Virus genome (UHGV): UHGV-0126763
Origin: a virus
Length of the DNA: 37,920 nt
Direction: 5' to 3' (one strand)
Part shown: positions 16,730-25,882 of the stretch, one piece after another
How positions within the stretch are numbered: position 1 is the stretch's first letter
How the letters are laid out: every line of letters starts with the position of its first letter
Position numbers and translations under genes: made by a program
Notes under the pieces: generated by a model
What the model was told of the DNA's origin: nothing
Database searches by the model: none
The model's input: only the letters and a program-made list of their open reading frames with translations

Positions 16730-18195
16730 TGGCACGAAACAAGCAAGCCTCTCAGCGAACGGCGCAGGCCACCGCTGATGGCTACGAGAACTTTGTCGCC
16801 CGCGTGGGGATGCAGACGCCTAACCAGCATTCAGCATCGACCTACCGGGCGAACTTCACCAGCCGCAACCGCATGCTGGTGGAATGGTCCTATCGTTCGT
16901 CCTGGATCATCGGCGAAGCGGTCGACGCTATCCCGGATGATATGACCCGCAAAGGCATTCGCATTACTTCGGAAATTGATGCAAAAGATCGCGGCATTCT
17001 CGAATCACAACTTGATGAGTTGCAGATCTGGGATGCGCTGAACGACGTGCTGAAATGGTCTCGCCTCTACGGCGGCGCGGTCGGCTTCATCATGATCGAG
17101 GGGCAGGCACCAATGACCCCGCTGCGGCTCGAAACCATTGGAGAAGGCAAGTTTAAGGGCATTCTCCCGCTCGACCGCTGGATGATTAACCCGGTCCTGA
17201 CCCGCCGCATTAAAGAGATGGGGCCAGATCTCGGCAAACCTGAGTTTTACGACGTGGTGACCACTGCAACGGGCATCCCGGCCTGGCGCATCCATCACAG
17301 CCGCCTGATTCGCTTCGATGGCGTCACGCTACCATTCCAGCAGAAGATGACCGAAAACGAATGGGGAATGTCGGTTGTAGAGCGTATCTGGGATCGGCTT
17401 ACTGCGTTCGATAGCGCTACTGTCGGCGCGGCGCAGCTGGTCTATAAAGCGCATCTGCGTACCTATAGCGTGGAGAAGTTGCGCGAGCTTATCGCGCTTG
17501 GAGGCCCGGCGTTCGAAGCGTTGCTGAAGAACATCGACCTGATCCGCCAGTTCCAGAGCAATGAAGGTATGACGATCATGGACTCGCGGGATAAGTTCGA
17601 AACCCACCAGTACAGCTTCAGCGGTCTGGATGACATTCTTTCGCAGTTCGCTGAGCAGATCAGCGGTGCCGTTGGTATCCCGCTGGTGCGACTGTTCGGT
17701 CAATCCCCGAAAGGCTTCTCTACTGGTGACGCAGACCTCGCCAACTATTACGACCGGGTGAGCTCATTGCAGGAGCGCCGCTTACGGATGCCGATGCGCC
17801 GGATACTGGACATTATGCACCGCTCGGAACTCGGTAAGCCGCTGCCGGACGATTTCACGTTTGAGTTTAACCCGCTCTGGCAAATGTCTGATGTCGATCG
17901 CTCAACGGTGGCGTTAAACACTACCAACGCAATCAGTACGGCGCTGGGTGATGGTCTGATGACACTGAAAGCCGCTATGACCGATTTGCGCGAAAATTCT
18001 GACGTAACCGGCATCGGGGCATCCATTACCGACGAGGACATAGAGAATGCCGAAGACGAAGCGCCGCCAGGCATCGGCGAACTTGGCGACAAACCGCCAG
18101 AGTCGCCAGGCGGAGATCCGATATCGAACGAGCCTACGGCAGATAGCGCGGGCGGTCGGGGATATCGTAAATGGGCGCTACGATGGTTCAAATGA
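16729..18195 (+). CDS. Portal protein
   Basis: 488 aa, follows terminase with ATGA overlap, acidic low-complexity C-terminus. Confidence 0.75.
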   Translation: MARNKQASQRTAQATADGYENFVARVGMQTPNQHSASTYRANFTSRNRMLVEWSYRSSWIIGEAVDAIPDDMTRKGIRITSEIDAKDRGILESQLDELQIWDALNDVLKWSRLYGGAVGFIMIEGQAPMTPLRLETIGEGKFKGILPLDRWMINPVLTRRIKEMGPDLGKPEFYDVVTTATGIPAWRIHHSRLIRFDGVTLPFQQKMTENEWGMSVVERIWDRLTAFDSATVGAAQLVYKAHLRTYSVEKLRELIALGGPAFEALLKNIDLIRQFQSNEGMTIMDSRDKFETHQYSFSGLDDILSQFAEQISGAVGIPLVRLFGQSPKGFSTGDADLANYYDRVSSLQERRLRMPMRRILDIMHRSELGKPLPDDFTFEFNPLWQMSDVDRSTVALNTTNAISTALGDGLMTLKAAMTDLRENSDVTGIGASITDEDIENAEDEAPPGIGELGDKPPESPGGDPISNEPTADSAGGRGYRKWALRWFK

Positions 18196-18820
18196 TAGCG
18201 TTACCGAAATAATGGATGCGCTGGAGCGCTACAGCGAAATCATCACCCCCTGGGCGACTAAGGTTGCTGAGAGCTTCACCGCCGACATTGCGCGCCAGAA
18301 TGAAAAGCAGTGGCGTCAACACAGCCGGAACATCAGCGCAGAGCTGCGCAACATGGTTGACCGCGCCCCGGTAGGCCAGGTGATGAAATCCATCGTCGCC
18401 GAGCAAATTAAGTACATCAAATCTCTGCCTCTTGAGGCCGCCGATCGGGTGTATGACATTCAGAACAAGGCCATCGAGGCTGTAGTAACTGGTGGCCGCG
18501 CTGAGCCATTCGCGAAAGAGATAGCTGCTTCCGGTGACGTGTCACGCTCACGAGCGAACCTTATCGCCCGGACTGAGCTTGGGCGCGCAACCGGTGCACT
18601 GGATCAGGCGCGTGCGCTGTCAATCGGCTCGAATGGTTATATCTGGCGTACAGCCGAAGATGGCGACGTCCGGCATTCTCATCGAGAGATGGAAGGGAAG
18701 TTTGTCGAATGGGGCAAACCTCCAACGCTTGACGGCATGACCGGTCACGCTGGCGAGCTCCCGAACTGCCGCTGTTACAAAGAAATCGTCTTCCCCAACC
18801 CTCATTCTTATCTCGCCTGA
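18047..18820 (+). CDS. Head morphogenesis protein (Mu F-like / SPP1 gp7 family)
   Basis: 257 aa; IARTELGRA and ELPNCRCYKE motifs typical of this family; ATG at 18047 overlaps the portal 3' end by 149 nt in another frame; true start uncertain (next ATG 18212). Confidence 0.7.
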   Translation: MPKTKRRQASANLATNRQSRQAEIRYRTSLRQIARAVGDIVNGRYDGSNDSVTEIMDALERYSEIITPWATKVAESFTADIARQNEKQWRQHSRNISAELRNMVDRAPVGQVMKSIVAEQIKYIKSLPLEAADRVYDIQNKAIEAVVTGGRAEPFAKEIAASGDVSRSRANLIARTELGRATGALDQARALSIGSNGYIWRTAEDGDVRHSHREMEGKFVEWGKPPTLDGMTGHAGELPNCRCYKEIVFPNPHSYLA

Positions 18821-18834
18821 ATCGCAGGTAAACC

Positions 18835-20055
18835 ATGAAATATTTTTTCAATACCCGACTGGGGGAAACCCGCTATCAGCTGGCTGACGGCTCTCTGTTG
18901 TGCAGAGACGTGCCGATAGGACGAACAGGTAAGCAGCTCTATGGTGCTGATGACCTGCCAAACCTCAAACCCGACAAGCTCGGTGAGATAGTCGTAACGC
19001 GTTCTCCTGAGCAGGTATTCCATCCGGCCACGCTCGCCTCATTCGAAGGGATGAGCATCACGATCCTGCATCCTGAAGATGAAAACGGGAATGTGCGGCT
19101 GGTAAATCCCGAGAACTGGAAAGAGCTTGCTGTCGGGCACCTCCAGAATGTCCGGCGCGGGACGGGTGAGCAGTCTGATTTGATGCTGGCTGACCTTATC
19201 GTCAAAGACGAAAACGCCATTCAGCTTATCGAAGATGGCCTGCGTGAAGTGTCGTGCGGCTATGACGCGGAGTACGAGCAGGCCGAGCCAGGTAAAGCCG
19301 AGCAGGTCGATATTACCGGAAACCATGTGGCTCTTGTCCCTAAAGGCAGAGCCGGAAATCGTTGTGCAATTGGAGACAGAGACACAATGGCAAATCAAAA
19401 GAAAAGCTGGTGGACCCGCATGCGCACGGCCATCAAAACGGGTGACGCTGACACCATGAACGAACTGGTGGAGTCGGCTCCCGCATCGGTTACAGGAGAT
19501 GAGGGGGATTTGCCGCAGGGCGTTAATCTCAACATCAACCTGTCCCCGCAGCAACCATTGCCGGACAAAAAGCCGGAAATGGGCGGAGAGCCAACCGGCG
19601 ACGGCGAGGACGATATCAAAACCTTGCTTAAAGCCCTGCTGGCTAAGCTGGAAGGAAATGCGACGGGCGATAACGACAATAAGCCTGACGATAATCCGAC
19701 CGGTGACGGCGAGGACGATGAAGAGGAAACCACGATTACTGGTGACTCAGCCTGGCGTGCCGAGGTTATCGTCCCAGGTATCGATCTGAGCCGTAAGGTG
19801 AAACCGACCGCGTTCAAACGTGATGTGCTGGCTTCCGCTGACAAAACGCTGGTTCGCCAGATAGTCGGCGATGCGGATATCCGCAAATTGCCGAAACAAT
19901 CGGTCAACATGGCGTTTAATGCCGTGTCAGAGATTGCCAAAGGGCGAAACACCCGCAGCACCACGGGCGATGCACAACGTCCAAATATGGGCATGACCAG
20001 CATCGCTTCCCTGAACAAACAAAACGCCGACTTCTGGTCTAACCGCAAAGGATAA
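18835..20055 (+). CDS. Putative prohead scaffold/protease protein (DUF2213-like)
   Basis: 406 aa, position between head morphogenesis and capsid genes, acidic Gly/Asp repeats PTGDGEDD twice. Confidence 0.55.
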   Translation: MKYFFNTRLGETRYQLADGSLLCRDVPIGRTGKQLYGADDLPNLKPDKLGEIVVTRSPEQVFHPATLASFEGMSITILHPEDENGNVRLVNPENWKELAVGHLQNVRRGTGEQSDLMLADLIVKDENAIQLIEDGLREVSCGYDAEYEQAEPGKAEQVDITGNHVALVPKGRAGNRCAIGDRDTMANQKKSWWTRMRTAIKTGDADTMNELVESAPASVTGDEGDLPQGVNLNINLSPQQPLPDKKPEMGGEPTGDGEDDIKTLLKALLAKLEGNATGDNDNKPDDNPTGDGEDDEEETTITGDSAWRAEVIVPGIDLSRKVKPTAFKRDVLASADKTLVRQIVGDADIRKLPKQSVNMAFNAVSEIAKGRNTRSTTGDAQRPNMGMTSIASLNKQNADFWSNRKG

Positions 20056-20059
20056 TCCA

Positions 20060-20563
20060 ATGACTGCATATCTGTACCGGATGCCTGTTGGCATTGCCGG
20101 GGCTATCTCTCGCCCGCAGGACTTAACCGTCGAACCGGTGGTCCTTAAATCCGATAACGCCTTTGCTGCCTATGGGCTGGCTGGTAAATACGATGATGAC
20201 GGTTTTTTCGTGCCGCTGGAGGACGGTGACACCGCCGACAAGGTGAAGGGGATCTACGTTCGTCCGTATCCGACCACTTCGCAGCCGGACATGGTTCTCC
20301 AGGTGGGGACGGATAAGAATTTCCCGGGCGACGCCATGAAACGTGGCTACATGACCGTTAACCTTGGATCTGGCTTCGATGCCAGCACCATCAAAAAAGG
20401 TGATCCTGTCTACGTGGTCGTTTCGCTCGATTCAACCATTGACGTGCCGCTGGGCGGCTTCATGTCCACGTCCGTCAGTGGCAAAAACGTGGCGCTGACC
20501 AACGCCGAATTCACAGGGGCCGGTGACGCTAACGGCAATGCAGAAATCTCCTGGAAGATTTAA
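20060..20563 (+). CDS. Putative head structural/decoration protein
   Basis: 167-aa ORF directly upstream of major capsid gene, AGGA RBS. Confidence 0.5.
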   Translation: MTAYLYRMPVGIAGAISRPQDLTVEPVVLKSDNAFAAYGLAGKYDDDGFFVPLEDGDTADKVKGIYVRPYPTTSQPDMVLQVGTDKNFPGDAMKRGYMTVNLGSGFDASTIKKGDPVYVVVSLDSTIDVPLGGFMSTSVSGKNVALTNAEFTGAGDANGNAEISWKI

Positions 20564-20574
20564 GGAACAGACGA

Positions 20575-21516
20575 ATGATTACTTTTGATCAGGCAACCGT
20601 TGATAGCTCTGGTGCCTTTCTCATCGGGGAGCTGGAGCGACTCGACCAGACGCTGAACCTGCCGCTGGTGGGTTACACCTGGACCCGCGATATTCAGCTG
20701 CGTGAAGACGTTTCTATCGCAGATGACATTTCCAGCTGGACTAACACCAGCTTTGGCGCTGCGGGTACTGGCGCAAATCCGAACGGTAAAAACTGGGTAG
20801 GCAAAGACTCAACCGCTATTGCTGGCGTGAACGTGGATATCGGCAAATCCGGTAACCCGCTGAACCTGTGGGGGATGGAACTTGGCTGGACCGTTGTAGA
20901 GCTGGCAGCAGCTCAGCAGGTAGGTCGCCCGATTGACACCCAGAAGTACGACGGGATGCAGCTCAAATGGCAGATGGACAACGACGAGCAGGTGTATGTT
21001 GGCGATTCCGCATTAAACCTGAAAGGCCTTGTTACCCTGAACGGTGTTCCTGTCAACAACGCTGCCAAAACGTGGGCAACCTCAACACCGGACGAAATCC
21101 GCGCAAGCATTAACCAGGTGCTGTCTGATGCGTGGGCCGCTTCTGGTTACTCTGTGGTTCCGCGTGATTTGCTGATCCCGCCAGAGCAGTTTGCTCTGTT
21201 GTCCAGCATCATCGTTTCATCTGCGGGTAACCAGTCCCTGTTGACGTACCTTCAGACCAACACCATCAGCTATCACCAGAACGGTGTTCCGCTGAATATC
21301 CGCGCGGTTAAATGGCTGAAAGGCCGTGGTGTGGGGAATAAGGATCGCATGGTTGCGTACACCAACGATAAAAAATACGTCCGCTATCCGCTGGTGCCGT
21401 TGCAGAGCGTTCCTATCCAGTATCGCGGTCTGTATCAGATTGCGACCTACTACGGCAAGCTGGGTGCGGTTGAGCCAGTGTACAAAGAAACCATTTCGTA
21501 CGTTGATGGCATTTAA
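20575..21516 (+). CDS. Major capsid protein (DUF2184-like)
   Basis: 313 aa, AGGA RBS, position after scaffold and small head protein; followed by GGCCCC-ctggc-GGGGCC stem-loop. Confidence 0.7.
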   Translation: MITFDQATVDSSGAFLIGELERLDQTLNLPLVGYTWTRDIQLREDVSIADDISSWTNTSFGAAGTGANPNGKNWVGKDSTAIAGVNVDIGKSGNPLNLWGMELGWTVVELAAAQQVGRPIDTQKYDGMQLKWQMDNDEQVYVGDSALNLKGLVTLNGVPVNNAAKTWATSTPDEIRASINQVLSDAWAASGYSVVPRDLLIPPEQFALLSSIIVSSAGNQSLLTYLQTNTISYHQNGVPLNIRAVKWLKGRGVGNKDRMVAYTNDKKYVRYPLVPLQSVPIQYRGLYQIATYYGKLGAVEPVYKETISYVDGI

Positions 21517-21557
21517 CAGCCACATGGCCCCCTGGCGGGGCCATTAAGGATGACCCG

Positions 21558-21779
21558 ATGGCAAAAAATAATGCAGTAATACACGTACATACCCCGTTTG
21601 TGCTCACGCTTCCCGACGGTTCGCGGCGCGAGTTTGTTAAAGGCCGTCATGCAGTGGAGGAAGACGTTGCCACGCACTGGTTCACTCGTGCGCACGCGGA
21701 AGTATCCGTTGGCAAAGCCACAGACGCGCGTAACGAGGTAAAAAATGCCAAAGAATCAAAGTCTGCCAGCGGTAAGTGA
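21558..21779 (+). CDS. Hypothetical head-associated protein
   Basis: 73-aa ORF with AAGGA RBS. Confidence 0.45.
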   Translation: MAKNNAVIHVHTPFVLTLPDGSRREFVKGRHAVEEDVATHWFTRAHAEVSVGKATDARNEVKNAKESKSASGK

Positions 21780-22152
21780 TTTTCGCCGCGACTTCCCGCA
21801 GTTTGCTGACCCTGCCAAATATCCCGAAGCGCAAATCCAGTTTCGTCTGAATCTGGCCGATGAACTGCTGAGCGAAAACGTCACCGGCAAAGATTTGTTT
21901 CCGTACTTTGCCGGGTTGTTCGTGGCTCACTACATGACGCTATGGGCGGCAGATAGTCGGGCAATGCTGGTTGGCGGCCCGGGCGGTTCAACCAATGGTG
22001 TTCAATCCTCCAAGTCCGTTGACAAGGTAAGCGTCAGCTATGACACCAGCGCGACGCTAAACCCTGACGCAGGCTTCTGGAATAACACCCGATATGGCGC
22101 TGAATTTTATCAGCTGATCACGATGTTCGGTGCGGGCGGTCGCCAGCTATGA
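21745..22152 (+). CDS. Putative head-tail connector protein (DUF4054-like)
   Basis: 135 aa, position after capsid gene. Confidence 0.5.
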   Translation: MPKNQSLPAVSDFRRDFPQFADPAKYPEAQIQFRLNLADELLSENVTGKDLFPYFAGLFVAHYMTLWAADSRAMLVGGPGGSTNGVQSSKSVDKVSVSYDTSATLNPDAGFWNNTRYGAEFYQLITMFGAGGRQL

Positions 22153-22736
22153 GTTTCAAAAGCGGTGTAACAACGAGGGTGGATAACGCTCAGGCCATTC
22201 TGGATGCGCTCAGGTCGCTAACCAAAAAGGATGTGCTGGTCGGCATCCCTTCGGAAGACAGCGAGCGTGAAGATGTTCCGTTTGGTAATGCCGGGATCGG
22301 CTATGTCAACGAATACGGCTCACCAGCGCAAAACATCCCCCCACGCCCGCACCTGATCCCCGGCGTTAAATCGGTAGAAGAACAGACAGTGCCGCAGCTC
22401 AAAGCAGCGGCGCAGGCTGCGCTTGATGGTAATGCGGCGGGTGCAGAAAGAGCGCTCAACCGTGCCGGAACGCTGGCCGCTAATGGCGTCAGGCGTTACA
22501 TGACTATTACCGGCTTTACACCGCTTGCTGATAGCACCGTTGAAGCCCGCGCACGTCGAGGGCGCAAAGGGGCGAAAGCTGAGTTAGCACGCAGATCGGC
22601 AGACGGAAAGCTTAATGCTATCAACCCAGATTCTGGTCAATTGATAAGCAATGAGAATGTAAGGCCGTTGATTGATACCGGACAGTACCGCAGAGCCATT
22701 ACCCATGTTGTGAGGGATAAAGATGCCGACTCTTGA
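22149..22736 (+). CDS. Hypothetical head completion/structural protein
   Basis: 195-aa ORF coupled (ATGA) to upstream gene. Confidence 0.5.
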   Translation: MSFKSGVTTRVDNAQAILDALRSLTKKDVLVGIPSEDSEREDVPFGNAGIGYVNEYGSPAQNIPPRPHLIPGVKSVEEQTVPQLKAAAQAALDGNAAGAERALNRAGTLAANGVRRYMTITGFTPLADSTVEARARRGRKGAKAELARRSADGKLNAINPDSGQLISNENVRPLIDTGQYRRAITHVVRDKDADS

Positions 22737-23112
22737 TGTAACAGACGTGCTTTTCGACCCCGATTTTTGCGACTTCAACCTGTGGGTAACGCGTCGCTCG
22801 CAAACGGTTGACGATGACGGGATCGGCAGTGACAGCGAAGTTAAAACGCAGTTTGCCGGGGTTGTTACTGTTGACCGCTCCCTGGAAAACCGCCGCATGC
22901 AGGCCGGGCAGGTTATCAGCGGCGCGATTCTCATCGTGACAACTGAGCGGCTGACGCAGGGGCAGACTGGCCGTGATGCCGATATCGTGACGTATCAGAA
23001 CCGTGATTATCGCGTGACATTCGTCGACCCGTATACGGCTTACGGTGCTGGCTTCGTCCAGGCTCATTGTGAATTACTGCCGTTTGATGGGGGAACGCCC
23101 ATTGAGCAATAA
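22723..23112 (+). CDS. Hypothetical head-tail joining protein
   Basis: 129-aa ORF in late operon. Confidence 0.5.
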   Translation: MPTLDVTDVLFDPDFCDFNLWVTRRSQTVDDDGIGSDSEVKTQFAGVVTVDRSLENRRMQAGQVISGAILIVTTERLTQGQTGRDADIVTYQNRDYRVTFVDPYTAYGAGFVQAHCELLPFDGGTPIEQ

Positions 23113-23650
23113 CACCAGCACAGAGCGCGGCTGGCTGACACCCACCAGCGGCGATCCGGCTTATGACGAAGCGCTCGACAGGCTGCTAAGCCAGTGGATG
23201 CGCAATGTTTCCGGCTTGCCGTCTGGAATGGTTCGTCCGCGCTGGCAGAAAAATCAGCCGCCACTGCCACCCGTTGAAACGAACTGGTGCGCGTTTGGCG
23301 TTACCGGGTTGCTCATTGATAACAACCCTGCATTCACCGGGCAGACTGAAGAGGGCGCTCAGCTCTGGAGGCATGAAACGTTCGAGTGCATGGCGTCGTT
23401 CTATGGTCCGGCTGGTATGTCTTATGCGTCCCGTTTTCGCGATGGTATATCTGTCCCGCAAAACAATGCTGAGCTGAACGCGCTTGGTTTATCCCTTGGC
23501 GACTATACCGCTCTGACCCCTTTCCCCGAACTTATCAACCAGCAATGGGTTCGCCGTTACGACATGACGGTGCGACTGCGCCGGAAGGTTGTCCGCGAGT
23601 ATGGCATCAAATCGCTGGTGGATGCACCAGTATCATTTTTTGGAGATTAA
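23087..23650 (+). CDS. Hypothetical tail completion protein
   Basis: ORF-track frame 23045..23650; internal ATG at 23087 chosen to reduce overlap; start uncertain. Confidence 0.45.
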   Translation: MGERPLSNNTSTERGWLTPTSGDPAYDEALDRLLSQWMRNVSGLPSGMVRPRWQKNQPPLPPVETNWCAFGVTGLLIDNNPAFTGQTEEGAQLWRHETFECMASFYGPAGMSYASRFRDGISVPQNNAELNALGLSLGDYTALTPFPELINQQWVRRYDMTVRLRRKVVREYGIKSLVDAPVSFFGD

Positions 23651-23653
23651 CCT

Positions 23654-24814
23654 ATGGCACAGGGCTTACCTGTATCCAACGTTGTAAACGTTGATGTGAT
23701 CATCTCGCCGAAAGCGGCTACTGGTCGTAACTTCGGCGCGCTGCTGATCCTCGGCTCTTCCACTGTCATTCCGGTGCAGGAACGCATTCGCCTTTATGCG
23801 TCCGTTGAGGACATTGGCGAGGACTTCGGAGTCGACAGCCCGGAATATGAAGCGGCGCAGGTTTTCTTCAGCCAGTCACCGAAGCCGACACAGGTTTATG
23901 TTGGTCGCTGGGCGAAGACGCTGAGTTCTTCCGAGAGTGGAGATACTGAAACCATCGTGCAAGCTGTTAATGCCTGCCTGCAATATACCAACTGGTATGG
24001 GCTGGTTGTCGCTGATGATGTTGTCGCTGGTGGCGATGTGCTTGATGCTGATGACGTGATTGAGGTCGCCAAACTTATTGAAGCGTCCAGCCTTAGCCGT
24101 ATCTTTGGTGTGACCTCTGCCGACGCCGAGATTATCAGCACGACTTCGACGACCGATGTTGCGTCGAAATTAAAGGCTGGCAAGTATGCCCGTACCTTTA
24201 TTCAGTATTCCACCAGCAGCCCTTACGCAGCGGTTTCTGCTTTCGGTCGTGCGTTTACTGTCAATTTCAACGGCAGCAATACCACCATTACCCTGAAGTT
24301 CAAACAGGAACCAAGCGTAACCTACGAAACGTTGACGGTAGGCCAGGCGGCTGCGGTGGATACGAAGAATGCGAACGTGTTCGTGTACTACGCCAACGAC
24401 ACGGCGATCCTGCAACAGGGTGTCATGGCGAACGGTGACTTCTTCGACGAGCGCCACGGGCTCGACTGGTTGCAGAACTACGTTCAGACCAACCTCTATA
24501 ACCTGCTTTACACCAGCACCACCAAAATTCCGCAGACTGATGCCGGTGTGACCCGTCTGCTTTCCAACGTTGAACAGTCCATGGATCAGTCCGTCACGAA
24601 CGGTCTGGTAGCGGCTGGCGTGTGGAATGGTGGACCTATCGGACAGCTGAATTCCGGCGATACGCTGACCAAAGGTTATTACGTGTATGCGCAACCTCTT
24701 TCAGAACAGGCGCAGGCCGACCGAGAAGCTCGCAAAGCACCGTTAATTCAGGTGGCCTGTAAGCTGGCTGGCGCAGTTCATTATGCCGATGTGCAGATCA
24801 ACGTGGTTCGCTAA
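23654..24814 (+). CDS. Putative tail sheath protein
   Basis: 386 aa, first large gene of tail module, followed by tube-like and chaperone genes; assignment by position and size. Confidence 0.5.
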   Translation: MAQGLPVSNVVNVDVIISPKAATGRNFGALLILGSSTVIPVQERIRLYASVEDIGEDFGVDSPEYEAAQVFFSQSPKPTQVYVGRWAKTLSSSESGDTETIVQAVNACLQYTNWYGLVVADDVVAGGDVLDADDVIEVAKLIEASSLSRIFGVTSADAEIISTTSTTDVASKLKAGKYARTFIQYSTSSPYAAVSAFGRAFTVNFNGSNTTITLKFKQEPSVTYETLTVGQAAAVDTKNANVFVYYANDTAILQQGVMANGDFFDERHGLDWLQNYVQTNLYNLLYTSTTKIPQTDAGVTRLLSNVEQSMDQSVTNGLVAAGVWNGGPIGQLNSGDTLTKGYYVYAQPLSEQAQADREARKAPLIQVACKLAGAVHYADVQINVVR

Positions 24815-24824
24815 GGAGCGATAA

Positions 24825-25265
24825 ATGTCAACTTATTCTTTTCTCGATGTAACCGCGTCGCTCATCGGGCCGACCGGCGTTATCGATCTTGGTCAGGGTT
24901 CTGCGAACTCTGAGGAAGGTATCACCCAGACCATGGGCGGCAACAAGAACACCATGACCATCGGTGCCGATGGCGAAGTGATGCACAGCCTGCACGCCGA
25001 TAAGTCAGGCACCATTACGGTGACGCTGCTGAAAACCTCCCCGGTGAACAAGAAGCTGTCTCTGGCGTATAACGCGCAAAGCCAGTCCTCTGCCACCTGG
25101 GGCAATAACGTGATCGTCATTCGCAACACGGCATCGGGTGATATTTCTACTGCGCGTTCGTGCGCATTCCAGAAACAGCCTGATTTCAATAACGCCAAAG
25201 AGGGCGGGACTGTTTCCTGGGTGTTCGACTGCGGCAAGATTGACCAGCTGCTCGGGGAGTTTTAA
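24825..25265 (+). CDS. Putative tail tube protein
   Basis: 146 aa, AAGGAG RBS, between sheath-like gene and chaperone. Confidence 0.5.
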   Translation: MSTYSFLDVTASLIGPTGVIDLGQGSANSEEGITQTMGGNKNTMTIGADGEVMHSLHADKSGTITVTLLKTSPVNKKLSLAYNAQSQSSATWGNNVIVIRNTASGDISTARSCAFQKQPDFNNAKEGGTVSWVFDCGKIDQLLGEF

Positions 25266-25268
25266 CGC

Positions 25269-25694
25269 ATGGAATTCGAAATTAAAGGCGTGAAATATCG
25301 CACCGCAAAGCTCAGCGTTTTCGAACAGCTGAAGGTGTCCCGCAAGCTGTTGCCGGTGCTGGCCGGGATGGTTTCTGACTTTCGGAGCGTTCAGGAGAAG
25401 ATCAGCAGCAAAGACACCGAAGGCGCGATGGCTACCATCCTGCCAAAGATTGCCAATGCTGTGTCCGATCTGAGCGATGGCGACGTGGACGCTATCCTGT
25501 TCCCCTGCCTTTCCGTTGTTTCACGCGAGCACATGAAAGGCTGGGTGCCGGTCTGCCAGCATGGCGAAATGGCGTTTGACGATATCGACCTGCTGACCAT
25601 GCTGCAACTGGTGGCGCGGGTGGTCGCCGACTCGCTGGGAAATTTTTTGCAAGGACTCCCTACCAGCGAGACGCCCACCCCGCCAGCGGAATAA
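25269..25694 (+). CDS. Tail assembly chaperone (G-like)
   Basis: 141-aa ORF directly upstream of tape measure gene; contains slippery AAATTTTTTG near its 3' end. Confidence 0.6.
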   Translation: MEFEIKGVKYRTAKLSVFEQLKVSRKLLPVLAGMVSDFRSVQEKISSKDTEGAMATILPKIANAVSDLSDGDVDAILFPCLSVVSREHMKGWVPVCQHGEMAFDDIDLLTMLQLVARVVADSLGNFLQGLPTSETPTPPAE

Positions 25695-25882
25695 CCTTCA
25701 ACAGCCTGCCGGGCGGTGAAGATTTTATTCTTCGTCCGGCGCTTGCCTTCCAGATTGACCAGAAAGACCTTAACAGCGGTGCGGTAGACCTCTGCCGCAT
25801 CGCGCTTCTCAATGACTACCTCGACATGCGCGAGGATAACGACGCCCGGGTAGATAAATGGAGAGCGGCCAATGAGCGGTAA
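25269..25882 (+). CDS. Tail assembly chaperone -1 frameshift product (GT-like)
   Basis: -1 frame is open from the slippery site at 25640-25649 to TAA at 25880-25882; extension translates as protein-like ...TFNSLPGGEDFILRPALAFQIDQKDLNSGAVDLCRIALLNDYLDMREDNDARVDKWRAANER. Confidence 0.5.

Noticed and set aside
17005-18191. Three minus-strand ORFs (97, 124, 147 aa) inside the portal gene
   Set aside because: Antisense to the portal coding sequence in GC-rich DNA where long spurious ORFs are expected; no RBS context examined supports them.
21413-21930. Minus-strand ORFs 21413..21607, 21513..21695, 21682..21930
   Set aside because: Antisense to the capsid and connector genes in the late operon, without RBS support.
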